From contig MNCI01002379.1 in the NCBI GenBank assembly GCA_015680685.1, positions 690,780 to 754,779 of the forward strand: a DNA stretch of 64,000 nt, read 5' to 3'. The notes below the pieces were generated by a model. It saw nothing but the letters and a program-made list of their open reading frames with translations. It was not told the origin of the DNA and ran no database searches. This document shows positions 49,323 to 62,762 of this stretch, in pieces. The DNA comes from Gnetum montanum (lineage: Eukaryota; Plantae; Gnetophyta). The position numbers and the translations under genes are program-made. The stretch's first letter is position 1. Every line of letters starts with the position of its first letter.

Positions 49323-52300
49323 ATGGCTTCTTCTCATAAGGTTAACTCACCTAGGGATAACATGGAAGACAGTCAGCAACATACACATAACCTAACCCAG
49401 CCAAGTCCTAAACAATATGAGATAGTTTATACTCATCCCGATGAGTATATTCCTGATTACACTTTTATCCTCCATCAGGATGAACAGTTTCACTGGAGAG
49501 ATTTGTTTGGTAACATAGTTTTACCACCAGATCGATCTATTCCAAACATGCTCTTCCGTGCCTTAGCATAGATTGGCATACAGGACTTATTCACTGAATA
49601 CGTTGCTGGAGAATATGATATAAGGGATTATCATCCCACTGCTTTGCAACGTATGAGGGACGAAAGGCAGGAGAGCCAACACTCATTGTTGAAGGGCAAG
49701 GTCCCCCATGTCCTTAGTGAAATAGAAGACAAGGAACCCCTCAAGACGGGTTTCTTAGGAAATGATGTTCCTCCTCCTCACAATGGTGAAGAGGTTAGGC
49801 ATCAGAGCCTTCGATCAACTGTACATGCTACAGGCTCTGATCCCCATGAACACCAACTGTTCATGGCAGGAACAACCACTCATGCTAAGGATGGGCACTT
49901 TGATTGTTATAATAATCGGGGCTGAAGCAGCCAAAGAGAAGGTAAGAAACATCGCCATGGTGATGGATCCCCTTCCTCTTCTCCTTTATCTCATCATTCA
50001 TGCTCTCCTTCCACATCTTGGCACAACCATCGTGAGCACAATGGAGAGGGTAAAAGTAAGGGAGATGAAAGACCTTGATAAAAAGGTCGGGAGTTAGGAC
50101 AAGGACATAGGGAACCACCATGAAGACATCACAGACTTCATGACAGGGATGATCATGACGAACCCCTACTCGCAACCCGAAGTATGCTTGATATCACAGA
50201 GGCAGTTAGGATCCCCACAAGGCATTTAAAAGATAGCAAGATCAAGCATTTGGACATAAATAATATCCCACATTTTGAAGGGGGATACAATGCTAATCCT
50301 CAACATCATTTATAGGCATTCCATGATGCTTGTGCCTTGCAAAATATAGATAATGAGTGGCAGAAGCTTAAGTTGTTCCCAAGGACACTCACCAAAGAAG
50401 CAGAGAGTTGGTACCAGTTCCTAGAATCGGAAACCATCAGGAGGTGGAGTATGATGCTTGAACTGTTCAACAAAAAATATCAAATGTACTCCAGAGTGTC
50501 CAATTTTCATAAACAGAGCCAAGGCTAGAAACAAGGTGCATATGAACCCTTGGATGCTGCCATGGCCCATTACTATACACTACTACATCATTGTCCAGGC
50601 CATGGGTATGCTAAGCAGGATCAACTTCGCCACATCGTGGATGGGCTAAGGAATGAAACAAGAAGAACTCTTGGAACTTACGCCCAAGGAAGACTTTCCC
50701 AACTTAGAGCCCATGAAGTTGAAAGTTTTTTGGAACAAGTAGCGCAAGAAGAGGGTGAGCTACGTAAGAGCGAAAGTGCGGAAGAATACAACCGTGATCC
50801 CTCCCTTCGCAAGAAGGGAGTGAAATTCTATGATGAGGAGGATGAGTCACCACTCGAAGAGTTGGTGAATCAGAAAACCTTACTGATCCAAAATTTAACA
50901 ACCGAGGTATCAGCTAAGGTAGATCAAATGTGGGATTCCTTAGAATCAAGAATAGAAACAGTCTTAAAAATCGTAGAAGAGTCTAAGGTAGAACAAAGTA
51001 GTGACAAGGGCAAAACCAAGCAGAGAAACTTAAGCCCTGCACATAACAAGGGTAAGGGGAAAATCCCTATATCCGACGAGGCTGGGAATTCAGATTTAGA
51101 TGATGATAGTGGATGTGAAGTATGCTACTATGACCATCCTAAAGGATGTTGCCCAATTATCTCACATCTACAGGAGTCTGGGGTGTATGCATTAAATCCA
51201 AGACTTAATCAACGGCAAATACCCCGAAGGTTACCTTATCCACAAGGTAACCCAAGGCAGTTCCACCAACCCTTAACATATTACCCAAGTGGAATGCCCC
51301 CATAGCCTATTGGACAACATCAGCAGTGGCAATACCCACAGTCATGGGGGATGCCACCACCAACACATCAGTACCCTTACCAGCAGCCTGACCCTCATGG
51401 ATATTATGTGCAGTGGCCGATTTTCCCAGGTGACTCTACGGGTCACATAAAACCTTCATGTTACTATCAAGTTTAGGAATATTTTAGGACTCCTTCTCCT
51501 TCGAGAAACGCCCCATACCCACAATATCCTCCAAATCCATCCGCATCCCTTGTGCCTATGGCTGCACCACCAACTGCTCCAACAAGGCCTTGAGTAAATT
51601 CCACTCAACCGCGACAACCTAACACTGCGAAGGCTCCCATGCCTCCAATATCAGTTGGTTCTAACAATCGTTCACCAAAAAGACCTTTCCTTAGGACTAA
51701 AAATCCAACCAAGCCTTCGCCCTCACAAGTAGTTGAGCATCCTAACACCCCCATACCCAATACGATTTCAGGAAATCCTCCAGCAACGAAACCACGTCCA
51801 ATGCATACAGTTATGTTAACACATACAATAACTGATTAGATCAAGGTCAGCCACCTTCCAAAGAAATTTTCAGATCTAGGACTCCCCTTGGTTTATCTCC
51901 AAGTCGCTGGGAATGAACCACATAAGGGTCTCCTCGATTCAGGTTCTGGGGTCAACTTGATCTCACAAAAATTGTATAAAACCTGGAACCTGCCTCCACT
52001 CAAGAAGAGCAACGTTCGCCTAGAGCTAGCTGACCAATCCATCACTGTTCCTTTGGGATAGGTTGAGGACATTGTTACCACTGTTGGTGGATGGTCATAT
52101 CCAGCTGATTTCCTAGTGATCCAAATAAACAATGACAAAGGGGATTTCCCAATTATAATGGGAAGGGCATGGCTAAATACAATCGACACATGCTTAGGAA
52201 TTCGCAACCTTTCCCTAGAAATATCCAAGACAAATGCGTTTGGGAAAATCGAGAGGATAAGCATTGCATATAGTGACACAGGATGTCATTGCGTGCAAAA

Positions 52301-55014
52301 ATCATGGGTAATGCGAAGTTTAACATTGCCTGCATGCAATCGATGTGCACGGGACATTGATATACAAAAGTGCCTATATGCAACAACCACACAAAAAGAA
52401 AACACCCAGTGGCTGATGGCTAATAAAGATAACAACCTTTCTACCTACATGGAACTAGCTGAGGAAATAACTAGTGCTTACCTTGAAAGCGCAGACATAT
52501 TAAAGCAAGTCTGTTGCCAACTTCTAGCCTTTAACTCCGAAAATATTAATTGGGGGAAGTTGTGGATTCCTGAGGAGTTTAAACAAGAGCCCCTAGAGTT
52601 AAAATCCTTATCCACCGGTCTAGAATACGTGACCCTCAAAAATGGAAAATCGGTGATCATCAACGCAAAGCTCATACCCATGCAAAAAGAAAGTTTGCTA
52701 AGGGTGATAAACAAGTGGTCAACCGCCTTTGCTTGGTCGTACCTTGAACTAACCGAAATAGATCCTCGGATATGCCAGCATAGGATTTATACAAATCCCT
52801 CTATGAAACCTTGCAAGCAACTCCAAAGGCAATTGAACCCAAAACTAAAACAAATAGTGAAAGAGAAACTAGAGCAACTTCTCAATGCAGGGTTCATTTA
52901 CCCTATCGCTGATAGCAAATGGGTTAGTCCTCTTGTAATCGTACCGAAAAAGGGAGGTAAATGGAGGGTATGTATAGATTTTAGGCTATTAAATATGGCA
53001 ACATTCAAAGACCACTTCCCACTGCCATTTGTGGACCAAGTCTTACACACTATAGCAGGGCATCGCTATTATAGCTTTCTGGATGGATATAGTGGGTACA
53101 ACCAAATACGAATTACACCAGAAGACCAAGCCAAAACAACGTTCACCAGTCCTTAGGGAACGTTCACATATAAAAAAATGCCTTTTGGCTTTTGTAATGT
53201 ACCTGCCACGTTCCAACGCTTAGTTCTAAGCATTTTTCAATAGGAAATAGGTAATGGAGTAGAAGTCTTCATGGACAACTTCTCCACCTATGGGACAAGC
53301 TTTGATCAAGCCCTCAACCGGTTAGAGCAAGTATTGAAATGATGTGTTGAAACCAACTTCAAGCTCAACTGGCAGAAGAGCCATTTGATGGTTCAAGAGG
53401 GCATCGTGCTGGGGCACAAAATTTCACAATCATGAATTGAGGTAGATCCAGAAAAAATTAAAGTCATCCAAGGAATCACCCGACAACCAGAAACTGTTAA
53501 AGACGTTAGGTCATTCCTTGGACACATTGGCTACTACAAGAATTTTATTGCGAACTTTTCCAAAGTTGCCAAACCATTGGTAGAATTAACAAAAAAAGAT
53601 GGATCATTCGAATGGACCAGGGAATGTGAACAAGAATTCCAAGCTCTCAAACAGAGGCTTGTGGAAACTCCCATTCTACAAGCGCCTGACTGGTCCAGAC
53701 CGTTCCATATTATGACCGATGCATCCAATTATGCTTTAGGAGCTGTACTGACACAACTAGATGAACAAAAATGACCTTATTACATCCACTGTGCCAATAA
53801 GAGTATCACCAGTGCACAACTTAACTACACGACTACAAAAAAGAATTAATGGCTATTGTGTTTGCATTGGATAAATTTAGGCACTATCTATTAGGTTACA
53901 AGGTATATATCCATATAGATCATAGTGCAATTAGGTTCCTTATGAATAAGCCAATGATTAGCCCACGTATCATATGTTGGCTGGTGATTCTTCAGGAGTT
54001 CAATTTAACTATTGTAGGCTGCAAAGGTACCAAGAACGTAGTCGCCGATCACCTATCTCGGTTGCGTTGTGATAACAAAGAGGATGAATATGCAGTATCT
54101 GACCAGTTTCCTGATGAAACCCTCTTTGCTAGTGTAATAAATAATCAACCCACAAAAGTAAACTGGTATAGTAGCATTCTCACTTATCTCACTTCACAAC
54201 AAATACCACAGAGATTAGACTTTAGGAAGAAACAACAGTTTCTTCAAAAAATCAAATACTTCATGGAAATTGGGGGACAACTTTATAAAGTCTACCCTGA
54301 TGGCTTGGTTCAATGGTGTGTACCTAATCAAGATCAATTAAAAGTTATCCAGGATGCTCATGAGGGCCCTTGTGGGGGTCATTATGCTGAGAGATGAATG
54401 GTTACTAAAGTCCTACTTACAGGATATTATTGGCCAACACTATTTCAGGACACCCATCATTTTGCCAATCCTGTGAGCGCTGCCAATGTGATGGGGGAAT
54501 GACTGCTAGGATGGAGGGTCCGCAACAATGGATTTAGCCTTTAGAACCCTTTGACATTTGGGGGATAGATTCTATGGGACCGATTACACCAATGTTCAAC
54601 GCAAAAGCATATATAATCATTGTTGTTGATTACTTAACCAAATGGGCTGAAGTAGTTGCTGTAACAGATTGCACATCATCTACAGCTGCACGATTTGTAC
54701 AACAACAAATCGTTAACAAGTTTGGTGTGCCACGTGCACTTATTTCCGATAATGGAACACATTTTACGGGTGCAACCTTTAGAAAGTTGATGCATGGGTT
54801 GAGCATAAACTGACCACACCTTACCACCCCCAAGCTAATGGTCAAGCTGAGGTTACTAATAGGGAGATAACCAGAATATTAACATGAACTATTAGCAAAT
54901 TTAGGTGAGACTGGAGCACAAAAATAAACGATGCTCTTTGGGTGTATCATTCCACTTGGAAGCTACCTACAGGATATTCTCCCTATGAGCTAGTGTACGG
55001 GAAACTTCCAAAAC
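49323..55014 (+). pseudogene. pol: Athila-like Ty3/Gypsy gag-pol (element G), degenerate
   Basis: gag KLKLFPRTLTKEAESWY; CEVCYYDHPKGC; PR LLDSGSGVNL; RT YPIADSKWVSPLVIVPKKGG and SFLDGYSGYNQI, with the active site decayed to FMDN; RH MTDASNYALG; INT WGIDSMGP and ISDNGTHF. No aRH domain. Confidence 0.92.
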
Positions 55015-55324
55015 NNNNNNNNNNNNNNNNNNNNNNNNNNNNNNNNNNNNNNNNNNNNNNNNNNNNNNNNNNNNNNNNNNNNNNNNNNNNNNNNNNNNNN
55101 NNNNNNNNNNNNNNNNNNNNNNNNNNNNNNNNNNNNNNNNNNNNNNNNNNNNNNNNNNNNNNNNNNNNNNNNNNNNNNNNNNNNNNNNNNNNNNNNNNNN
55201 NNNNNNNNNNNNNNNNNNNNNNNNNNNNNNNNNNNNNNNNNNNNNNNNNNNNNNNNNNNNNNNNNNNNNNNNNNNNNNNNNNNNNNNNNNNNNNNNNNNN
55301 NNNNNNNNNNNNNNNNNNNNNNNN
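55015..55324. other. Assembly gap
   Basis: Run of N. Confidence 1.
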
Positions 55325-56046
55325 GCTCACTATTTCGGATCTATCCCTTACAACTCAGTCATGGGGGAGATGGCCACCTATGCTAATCATATGGGGCCCT
55401 CAGTTCTTCTTTAATTTTTTTTTTACAAGTTTTTGTTTTACAACATTTTTATTTTACACATTTTTGTTTTACAAATTTCTTTAACTTTTTCTATGTTTTT
55501 TTACACTATCGTTATACTTTTCTATTTTGTGTGTGTGTGTGTGTGTGCCGTCCACCCTGTAAGTTCTTCACCCAATAAGTGTTCGGACCGATGGTATGAA
55601 CTGTTTTCATATTGATTGCTAATGTTTGGTTTTTACCTTTAAGTTACAATGTTGATACTAAGGTATGTTTCTTTTGATATGGCAGGCAATGAGATCACTT
55701 CATCCATCCATCCACCAATTTCTATGGTTTCTCTTGGCTTGTAAATGTATAGTTCCCTTCTAATAAGAACTTTAACAAATCGGTGACTGGGTATTTCTCA
55801 AACTAAGGAAGGACTCAAGGATTGCAAAGGGTGTGACTTCAAGGGAACTTGATGCTTTTGTGTTGGTCATTCTCTTGGGTGCTTAGATATTTCTTCTTGA
55901 GTTTTCTCATCGTTCCGATGTTACCCAATTATCAGAAGCTGAGACAATAAAAATAAGTCTTTGCATGGTGTGGTTCTCACACATAAAAACACAAAACAAA
56001 AAAAAATAAAAAAAACAGAGAAAGTGAGAATTCAAAGCACACCCCT

Positions 56047-57242
56047 TGTACCGCCTGAAATCGTCGGTCACCGGCTGGAAGGAAACAAAGACCGTGGGAT
56101 CGCAGGACGCGCACAGAAGACCCTGCCTTCGCCTGAGGGTGAGATGGAGTGCATGAAGGTAGAGTACCTTGGGTGGTCTGCATGCGGATCAGACAAGGAT
56201 TTACCTGCATGTATGCTGAAGTGCTATACGCTGGGTTATGCGTAAACATCGTAGACGGGCGTAAACGAGAGCGTAAATAGCATAAAACAGATGTAAACGG
56301 AGTGTAAGCGTAGAAGGGGGTAAACAGAATGCGTGGGCCAAGTTGACGTAAAACTGTAAACAATCTTACACAACAAATGTAACAATGATATTATAGAATG
56401 AAAATACAGTGCACCGGTCTAATGCAGTTGTGGCGAAGCACAAGGCAGACGAAAAGCCCCGGTGGGTGCAGGGATGGCTCGGCGGGTTTGCGCGGTAGGC
56501 GGAGCGTAGAGACTGTGCACGGTGTACAGGGCTTTCCAGCGTAAGAGGGTTCCAGCTCTGGTGCGTAGCGTAAACGTCTCTAGTGTGCTTTGGGATTTTT
56601 TTCGACCGTCCTGGTGAAGTGGAAAAGTGAGGTTTTTATACCAGTTGTTACGCTAGACTCAGGTTAGGAGACACGTGGCGCATTGACCGGGTGCATACAA
56701 TTTACAAATATACAACATATTACATCTACCGGGTGTATACGCGGGGCGTATACGCTACATCAAGCCAGCGTACATGCTGGGCGTATACGCTGGACATGTT
56801 GGGCATGTGAACTTGGGTGGAGATGCCATGGACGCTGGGCGTACACGCCGACAATGGCTGGGCGTATACATCGGGCGTATACACTAACGGCTACCGACTT
56901 GCTTCAATTCTTGCTCTTCGGTGCTATCTCCATTCTATCATTGAGACTTCATCATCGGGCGTGTGCATCTGTGGTGCCAAGCGTACAGACGAGGCGTGTA
57001 CATTGGGTGCATAAGTCAGATGTCTGCTAGGCGTATACGCTGGGGATGTCGGGCGTATACGTTGTTGATGCTGGGCGTATACGTTAGGCGTATACGCTAG
57101 TACTACACTTAGCAAAAAGTAAATATTTTGATTCCAGAAGTTGCAATGTGCGACGCCAAATGTAGCCGTGGCCGTTCGTGGATCCCAGGGATCTGCTTCT
57201 TGCTGGGGGAAGTACCGAGCTCGAAATGTTTGTGGTGTTTCA
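56047..57242 (-). mobile_element. 3' LTR of Tat/Ogre-like element H (inverted)
   Basis: The minus strand starts TGAAACACCAC and ends GGTACA. Its 3' end is homologous to the other LTR ends. TATA is at 56633-56640 with CACGTG at 56672-56677. Confidence 0.9.
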
Positions 57243-57258
57243 TTGGCCCCTCTTTGTT
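57243..57258 (-). promoter_or_regulatory. Polypurine tract of H
   Basis: AACAAAGAGGGGCCAA abuts the LTR. Confidence 0.88.
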
Positions 57259-58224
57259 AACGCTTGGAGGAATCTACCCGAGAAGCGTCGACAAAGAAGT
57301 CCAAAACACCACAAGCAACTTGATATAGACTTTGTTCTTTACCACTTGACTAGACATCATCGCACTGTGTCCAGTAGTACATGGGAAAGGGAAATCTGCG
57401 GCTGATAGGAGAAGAGAGATTGTGGGAAGTGGCGACTCCCCAAGAAATTATGTTGGGAGATGGAATGCTCGGGTGTGCGGCATGCTAGTCCTTGTCAATA
57501 GCCATTGTTTAGCAAACTCGGAGTTCAGACATGCGATGGGCATCCTTTGGCTGGACAAGGCTCCTGGTTAGTGTTCAAGAGCACTTGTTGGCAAGACCAA
57601 AGCCACGGGGAGTTGTGTTACATGCTTTGGAGGAACAAGGCCCGTGTTTAATGTTTAAGGGGACCTGTTGGCAGAGAGCTAGAGCCATGCAACTATATGC
57701 TTCTTGACCATTTTAGACATGAGTACTTGGTTTTGAGACAACTGCCCTTCCGCCTGGGGCTTATATGGGAAGTGCCAAGAGTCTCGTTTTTTTTTTTTGC
57801 GTAAAACTCTGCATTGATTTTGTACTCATGTGTGACAATACATGACAACATGTTAAAAATGTTGGGTGTACTGGATATATCAGACATATGGTTGAATAAA
57901 ATGTGTTTGTGAACGGATAGGGAATGAGTCGGTGAATGGGGATGTACTAGTGAACAGTTTGATTTAATCTAGCCATGTGTGCCGTGAACATTGTCTCCTC
58001 TTATCGCTTGCGATGGGATGCATTCTTGTGCGAAAACCTCTGGGTGTCATCCTGCAAACACAACTCCAAGAAGACAAGAAAATCATGAGTGAATGATAGA
58101 GCTTAGACTTACACGGCGGCTGACTGTATGTCGGTAGTAACAGCGTTGGTAGGATCTCCTGATGGCGGGTGATGCAGTGATGAAGCGTGAATGTGGTGGC
58201 AGATTGATGAACCAACGATGAACT

Positions 58225-58590
58225 TGCTAGTTTATAGTCTTGGCGGACTACCATGGGTTAGTTTTATGTCGTAACCCATCAGACATTACCCGTTTAGCGT
58301 CGTGGCAGACGTTACATTGCCAGTTTTTAGTCTTAGCGGACTATGAGGAGGCAAGCTAGTTTATAGTCTTAGCGGACTCCGATGATTACGATGATGGCAG
58401 TGTACTGTCATGCCAGACGGGTGCTAGTTTATCGTCATTGCGGACACTATGGTATATCAGTTTATTTTCATGATGATAGGACAGTTGTGGTGTCAGTTTT
58501 AAGTCGTAACCAAGGACTGTTCTGTGGTATCAGTTTACCATCATGATCCCAGGACGAGCTGTGGTATCAGTTTATAGTCATGATTCCTGG
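58225..58590 (-). repeat. TAAACT(A/G)-core repeat cluster in the 3' UTR of H
   Basis: About 10 copies of (C/T)AGTTTA.. on the plus strand, e.g. CTAGTTTATAGTCTTAGCGGA. Confidence 0.8.
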
Positions 58591-58614
58591 ACTTACACGT
58601 ACCTGAGCTTGAAC

Positions 58615-61600
58615 TCAAACGTAAAACGATTTTAGGTACAAGTGATTAGTCGGATTGGTAAGCTCATTTCTTTCCATGTCAACTAGTTTGAATGCTCCAT
58701 TGTCAAATGCTTTAAGGATCAAGTAAGGCCCTTCCCAGTTAGCTGAGAATTTGTCCGGATGTTCCCGAACGGCTTTAAGCACAAGGTCAACTTCTTTGAT
58801 AGGGCGCTTATTGATGTCATGTTGATGTTGTTGTCGTTGTCATTTTTGGTACCATTCGATCTGGTCGAGGGTGAGCACACATTCTTCCACCACCAAGTCA
58901 AGATCAATGATTCGTAAATCATTATTTTGCCCATCGTTGAGGAGCCCAGAAAGTGTAATCCTTAAAGATGGTACCTGCAGTTCCAAAGGTAAAACAGCTT
59001 CTGAATGATAAACAAGACTGTACGGTGTCTTACCTGTCAAAGTTCGGTGCATAGTGCAGTATGCCCACAATGCATATACCAATTGTTCGTGCCATTTTCT
59101 TTTGCTCTGGGTAAGCATTTTCTTAAGTATTGTAACAATTGTCTTGTTTATTGCCTCTGCCTGTCCATTGCTCTGAGGATAGTAAGGGGATGAAACCGAG
59201 TGTTTTATCCCTAAATTTTCGCAAAAGGCTTTGGGTTCGGCACTACTGAATTGTGGCCCGTTGTCGGTGATGATTGTCATGGGAATGCCAAAACGGGTTA
59301 CAATGTGTTCTAAAATGAAATTGCACACGTGCTTGGATGTAGTTTTTCGAAGGGGAGCAACTTCTACCCACTTCGTGAAGTACTCTATGGCAGTTATAAT
59401 GAAACTATGGCCTGCGGAAGACGAGGGGGTTATTTGACCAATGAGGTCCAACCCCCACTTTTGAAAGGGCCAGGTGATTTGTGTTGTATGCAACTCGTTC
59501 GGTGGCACATGTATCAGATTGCTATGTCTTTGACAGGTATTATATGTTTTGACTTTGGTGAAACAGTCGTATTCCATGTGTGGCCAATAATAGCCCAAAC
59601 GCCTGATTTTCATTACCATGGGTTTCGGTGCCATGTGTCCTCCACATAGTCCTTCATGTACCTATTCAACAATAGTGTGGGCATCGACACTACTAATGCA
59701 GGTTAGCAATATGCCTTCGTAGGATTGACGACACAGTGTCTTCCCTACCAAGGTATATTGCTTAGAATGTTTCCTCACCGTGTCTCTCTGTGCATTTGTT
59801 AGGTGTCGTGGTGTTTCACCGCATAGAAGGTATTCTTTGATGTCATCATACCATTCTATCGTGTGTTGAACTAATAGATGCAATTGGCAATGTGTCAAGG
59901 GTGTTAGTGATTAGTTCAGCACAGCTGGTTATGGAGCTTGGTAATGTATGGAACATGTCTGGTGATTTGTTTAGTGCTAATGTGGCTAACGCATCTGCGA
60001 TGGTGTTATCATTTCTGGAGACGTGTTGCACATCAATGTTTTCAAATCGCCTCATTAAGTGTTTTGCCAAGTCGTAGTATGGCTGTAAATGTCAGGCTTT
60101 GCATGTATAGACATCCGTGACTTGGTTTACGACCAGTGGTGAGTCCCCTTGGATTACAAGCCGTGTGATGTTTAAAGCCAGAGCTGCTGCGAGACCTCTA
60201 AGGAGACCTTCATACTCTGCTATGTTGTTGGTACAAGGAAAGTCGAAACGATAGGCAAAGGGTCGGATCTCCCCAGAGGGATGGGTGATTACAGCGGCTG
60301 CACTTCCTCCTTGAGAGGTGGATGCCCCATCAAAGTTTAAAATAGCATCGTAGTCATCGAGCACTATGTCTATGGTGCTTATATTCTCATCTGGGAAGTT
60401 TGGGTCTATAGTCGCTTGGTCGCGTGTTGATGATGTTGCCATTTGATTTACTATAGCTTGACCCTTAATTGATGATTGCGATACGTAGTACAGGTCAAAC
60501 TCGGCTATCATGGCCTTCCACCGGGGTATACGACTTGTTTCGTAAATATTCTCTGTTATGGCTCTCAATACATTGTCCTTGCAAATTATGTAAACCTGGT
60601 TACGGAAGAGGTAATGTCACCATTTTCTTAAAGAAAAGACCAAAGCTAAACATGACTTCTCCACGTCGTTGTACCTTTTCTCATGGGCAACTAATGCATG
60701 GGTCAGGTAATATACAGGGACTTCGGTTTCTTCATCTCGTTTCTGGCAAAGCATAGATGCGATGGACGAATCCGAAGTAGCAAGGTAGATGTAGAATGGT
60801 TTATCATTTTGAGGTGGATAAACCATGGGTAGCCGGGCAAGTGTTGTTTTAATGTCATTGAATGCCTGTTGACACTCCGGTGTCCATTCAAAATGTATGT
60901 TCTTGCGTAACACGTGGTTCATGGATTTTAGTTTATCTGTCAGTTTTTCTATGAAGCGCCTGATGAACTGTAATCTACCTTGTAGACCTCGAAGTTTAGT
61001 AAGGTTGCCTGGTGGTTTCAAGTTTTCTATGGCCTTAACCTTATCGGGATCTACTCGTATCCCTGCTTTTGATGCTATAAATCCAAGCATTTTTCCTGTT
61101 TTAACACCGAAGATACATTTTTTTGGGTTAAGCCTCAATTCATACTTTAGACAATGTTTCAATACTAAATCGAGATCTTGCACATGTTGTTGCTCCATTT
61201 TTGACTTAACCACAATGTCATCCACGTAGTCATTGAGTGAGTGTAGTATGTAATTGCTAAAGATAAATGTCATCGCTCTTTGATACATGGCCCCAGCATT
61301 CTTGAAACCAAAAGGCATCATTATGTAACAAAAAGTTCCCCATGCGGTCATGAAGGTTGTCCTAAGTTGATGTTCCGGATTGATACGTATCTGATTGTAT
61401 CCTGAGAAGCCATCCATGAAGGATAATAGCGCGTGCCCAGCAGTTGAGTCAACAAGTTGATCAATGCTGGGTAGAGGAAAATCATCCTTTATGGTTGCAA
61501 CATTCAAATCCTGGAAGTCAATACACAAACGAATACTTCCGTTCTTCTTCGGAACAATGACCATATTAGACAACCACTCGGCGTAATCGACAGCCCAAAT

Positions 61601-62084
61601 GAAACCAGCTTGATAAAGCTTGGTGATCTCATTGCAAACTGCTAATGCTACCTCGGGTTTAACCTTTCACACTTTTTGTTTTACTGGTCTCAACTTTGGG
61701 TCAATGATAATATTGTGTTGAACAATTCGAGGATCTAGCCCAGGCATGTCTGTGCTTTCATATTTTCCCTAAGCACGTTCTCAATGTTTTTGGCTAATGA
61801 TGGTTGTAATAAGGCGCTTAACTTTAGAACTTTAGTTTCTCCATTGGGCATGATCATGGGAGTTTCAGACAACGGGTCTTCAGTGATATTCTCAACCTCT
61901 ATGTCAAGGAATTTTGTCATGTCTTTATAATCATCTGTTACTTGCTACGTTGAGGCTATGATTTCGTTTTCCGCTAGTGAACTCAAGTTGATGAGATTTA
62001 TGTTAATGTCTCTTGTAATCCTGCTGTATGTCCTGTCAATGATTAACGGTGCGGTTAAATGCTGGCTGTCCATTGAGCTTGCTC
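58615..62084 (-). pseudogene. pol: pol of H: RT-RH-aRH-INT, nearly intact with a few stops/frameshifts
   Basis: ORFs 60617-61573 (YVDD), 60092-60568 (LNFDGAS...TNNIAEYEGL, archaeal-type RNase H) and 58840-59634 (WGLDL, TDNG, SNGQAE). Confidence 0.95.
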
Positions 62085-62197
62085 CTGCCAATAAACAGAG
62101 AGTGGAATAAGCAAAAAGGAGATCGTTCTATGCCTTTTGATGATTTTAAACTATGTGTACATGCATAATGGTGGATTATCGTCACACCGGGACGCAT

Positions 62198-62342
62198 GGC
62201 AGTTTAATGCCTTGCCAGGCGTTAAGTGGCAGTTTAAGGCCGTACTGGGCCATAAGTGGCAGTTTAAGGCCATACCAGGCCATAAGTGGGTAGGGAAATG
62301 GCAGTTTAAGGCCGTACCAGGCCAATATGGCGGTTTAAACTA
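62198..62342 (-). repeat. 30-bp array with GGCCTTAAACTGCC core upstream of H pol
   Basis: Four to five copies of GGCAGTTTAAGGCC on the plus strand. Confidence 0.88.
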
Positions 62343-62762
62343 GAACATTCAAGGTAAACGTGTAAAATGGGGTCCATGGAGGAACCAAGACGTAGCAATC
62401 TCTATTTAAATAATGTTTTTTTTTTGCTCGAAAAATAAGGAGGAAGGCGAAAAAAAAGCAAAAAGGTTTAACGGCGGCGTCAGCGTCAGCAGAACGCTAT
62501 ATAAAGGGGGGGGGGTCCATTTGCTTCTTACTTTGAAAGCGACAGAGCGTAAGCGGTAGCGTAAACTGTGAAAGCGTAAGCGTGAACTGCATTGCCTTAG
62601 CGTAAGCATAAATTTCCTCAAGCATAGATGCCGAAACATAACCCTAGCGTAGACGCAGAGCCTTAAACCCCAGCGTAGATGTGGAGTGTAAACTTCCAAG
62701 CATCAGCGTAGACACTTCTTCTTAGCAGCGTAAACTTGTACCGTTAGCGTAAATAGGCCGAG

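Noticed and set aside
55325-56046. Athila env-like ORF after G integrase
   Set aside because: The visible sequence is T-rich and non-coding, and H interrupts it. Any such ORF would lie in the gap or outside the window.
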